Origin: Saprolegnia diclina VS20
Lineage: Eukaryota
Length of the DNA stretch: 46,894 bases
Direction: 5' to 3'
Assembly: GCF_000281045.1 (NCBI RefSeq)
Contig: NW_008246186.1
Span: 71,460-118,353, forward strand
Made by a program: the position numbers and the translations under genes. Each line of letters begins with the position of its first letter. Position 1 is the first letter of the stretch. Under the pieces are notes generated by a model. It saw nothing but the letters and a program-made list of their open reading frames with translations, did no database searches and was not told where the DNA came from. Of this stretch, positions 44,522 to 46,894 are shown one piece after another.

Positions 44522-45618
44522 TTTACGTCATCTATTTGTTCAAAGTAACTCACCAACGACGCTCCGTACAATGAATTGTAGTATCTAGTTTCACACGACG
44601 TAGTGGTGGATACGTGGCCGCACGAGGCTTCGTTGCATGTTCTCGAGCTGCAGTTTCTGCGTGAAAGTCGAGGACGTAATCAAGCTCACACAATACAGAT
44701 GTGCATTCGGGATGACCAGTCGCAAGTAGCTTTGATGCTGGCCGGTTACTCAAATTTTGCAGACGACGACAGCCGAGCAATGGAGCAGCGTAACGTGGTA
44801 TCACGTACGCCAGGCATCAAAGCTACTCTGGTAATGGTGTACGCTGCGTTCTCTCGGTCGCGCTCCGTCACAACGAGGGGTGCGGGCATTGAGTCACCTT
44901 GTATTCTGTTCTCGATTCTACTGCATCGCGTCTTTTGAAGGATTTGAATGGAGCAATCGCAGTGACCACACAGCAAAATGTTCGAAGAGGCGCCGCCGCG
45001 GACGCTTGTATCACCGTTCACCCAAGCCTTCCTGTTGAGTGTCATTGGTTACAGCGTCTGCGGCGCTGCAACAGACACGCAGCAAAATGGAAAGACTCGC
45101 ATATTGAGACCGTGGTCCATTCGATTACTTGCCTTCGGCAAAGCCGCCCCTTGCTTTTGTCAATCAAAGGCGCTGGTCACCCATCGACGCCGTCCGTAGA
45201 GTAACCGAAACAAATCAACATGCCGGTAATCTGCCGCGAGGCTGTCGAGAACGCTTGTCGAGAGCTCAGAACGCTCGTATTGGATGCATGTATAGTTGTA
45301 GAGTTGCATGTTCTTTAGCAGGCTGTCGACGGGCGCCGGGTAGAGTTGCATGTCCGTGCTCGCGGAAAAGACCTTCCTTCTTTTGACCGGATGCCATGAA
45401 AGAGCTGAGCGCTGGCCGATGTCACGTGAGAGCAGCCGCGGACTACGCATGATGGTCACGCGAGACGAGATTATTATCTCGACAATAGTGCAGCGCACTT
45501 GAGTCTCCTAATGCCAGAGCATGCGACATGTGGACCGTCCTACGGGCAACAATACGGACCATCACTCTGTGAATCGCCTTGGACGCAAATGACCGCCGCA
45601 GTTTGAAATTTGCACGCC

Positions 45619-46188
45619 ATGACGTCGACCGAGTGCTGCTTCCACGGCTGCATTAAGACAGCGCTTGCAGGCTCGATCAAGTGCCACTTCCACCGCAACC
45701 GAACCAAGTGCTCGGTCCTCGAATGCTGGAACCAAGTGTACGCACGGCAGCGCTGCGTGAGCCACGGAGGCCGCAAGCCGTGCATCGTGGCCGGGTGCAA
45801 CGCCAACGCTCGACTTGGAGACCTGTGCGGTCGCCACGGCATCAAGTCAGACAAGAAGATCTGCTCGATGCCGGGCTGTGCGAGTCTTGTGCACACACAA
45901 CAGCGATGCGTCCGCCACGGCGGTGGGCGATCGTGTAGAGTTCAAGCGTGCGGTACCCTCGCGCGGGCAGGGGGCTACTGCTACCGCCACGGCAAGCAGT
46001 ACCAAGCGACGGCGTCACCGTGCAAGTCAGACCATGAGTCACCACAGCTCGACGGCATCACGTGGGACGCTCGCTCGATGCAGATCAGTCTCGGCTACGA
46101 AGACAACATCGACCTATCAATCTTAGATTGCCTGATTTCCGATACGATGTCCGATGATATTTTGTACAATGCTACCTTTTCTGTTTGA
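45619..46188 (+). CDS. CVRHGGG-type zinc-finger repeat protein, paralog 11
   Basis: MTSTECCFHGC...; five fingers; tail IDLSILDCLI. Confidence 0.88.
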   Translation: MTSTECCFHGCIKTALAGSIKCHFHRNRTKCSVLECWNQVYARQRCVSHGGRKPCIVAGCNANARLGDLCGRHGIKSDKKICSMPGCASLVHTQQRCVRHGGGRSCRVQACGTLARAGGYCYRHGKQYQATASPCKSDHESPQLDGITWDARSMQISLGYEDNIDLSILDCLISDTMSDDILYNATFSV

Positions 46189-46894
46189 ATTTTACACTTT
46201 GGCGCCACCGTCAGTTTCAATGGGATCCATGTACGTTGGGAAGGAACGGGCGAGCGCGGACCAGAATTAAGCCACTTCGTAAGTATAATTTGCCTATTGC
46301 GGCACCAATGCTTGAGATCTGAAACGCAACGTGAGGGCTTTAAACACGATATCTCGACTGATTGGTTTTGATAACGACTTTATTCTCTAACGTTACACGC
46401 TAGATTGCTAAACCACTTGTTAGCCTTAGCAGATGGCGTCGATCGTCTGATAACAACTCAGTATCGATCTATCATTCTAACATTCAAACTACCCAACGGC
46501 TCAGGTCTTTGTGTCGACGTTTCCGATCCTGCCGACGCCTCGGGCACTCCGGGTAGTATGTGACAATCGTGTGCAGCAAACTGCATTCCATGTGCCATCT
46601 TGATACTCTCCTCGTAGCGCCATCGTGCGTGTACCTTGCCCAACGTCGCCCAACTCACTTCTTCGCGGCCAGGCAGTCGTTGAATCGTCCCTCCGACAGA
46701 CTTATGCCAAGAAAGACATTGAAGCGAAACGCGTCTGCCATGGCGTGGCACACCGCTTCGGCGCAATCGACCGAAATAATTCTGCTTGCCTTTTCTAGCA
46801 GCGGTGTAAATAAAATAAAATAAATGATAAATCATCGGAGGCCCTGAGGAGGTGTGGAATGATGCCAAGTTGCAAGTAAATTGATGGTCGTTTG

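Noticed and set aside
45298..45353. 14-bp direct repeat GTAGAGTTGCATGT x2
   Set aside because: Two short copies only; not a CRISPR-like array or recognisable element.
17550..46188. Calling the finger genes true WRKY transcription factors, retroviral zinc knuckles or transposases
   Set aside because: No WRKYGQK, spacing is not CX2CX4HX4C, and no RT/integrase/DDE domain, LTRs or TIRs were seen.
1..46894. Prokaryotic systems (CRISPR, operons, defence islands)
   Set aside because: The sequence is eukaryotic with spliceosomal introns; no repeat-spacer array or cas-like ORF was seen.

Overview
Eukaryotic, GC-rich genomic DNA, most consistent with an oomycete and probably Saprolegniales. This is inferred from the very short GT-AG introns, oomycete-type INR+FPR core promoters and gene content. 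The window has two parts. The gene-dense left part (about 0.6-16.6 kb) holds a membrane-anchored RanBP2-zinc-finger HECT E3 ligase, an unknown spliced coiled-coil/TM protein, an anoctamin/TMEM16, mitochondrial phenylalanyl-tRNA synthetase, a double calponin-homology protein, a small secreted His/Phe/Asn repeat protein and CPSF3/CPSF73. The gene-sparse right part (17.5-46.2 kb) holds 11 intronless paralogs encoding tandem C-x4-C-x9/10-C-x2-H 'CVRHGGG' zinc-finger repeats in mixed orientation, plus a tRNA-Lys(UUU), an intronless ABCC transporter and two assembly gaps. Main observations: (1) 10 of the 11 finger paralogs share an acidic (L/I)DxxILxx(L/V/I)(L/I/V) C-terminal motif and one has a Leu-Pro tail instead; (2) the anoctamin's canonical Ca2+-ligand glutamates appear replaced by A, C and K; (3) the CH protein has clustered CDK consensus sites; (4) the secreted protein has an N-glycosylation sequon in nearly every 11-aa repeat. 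All exon structures were read by eye and are not confirmed by transcripts.
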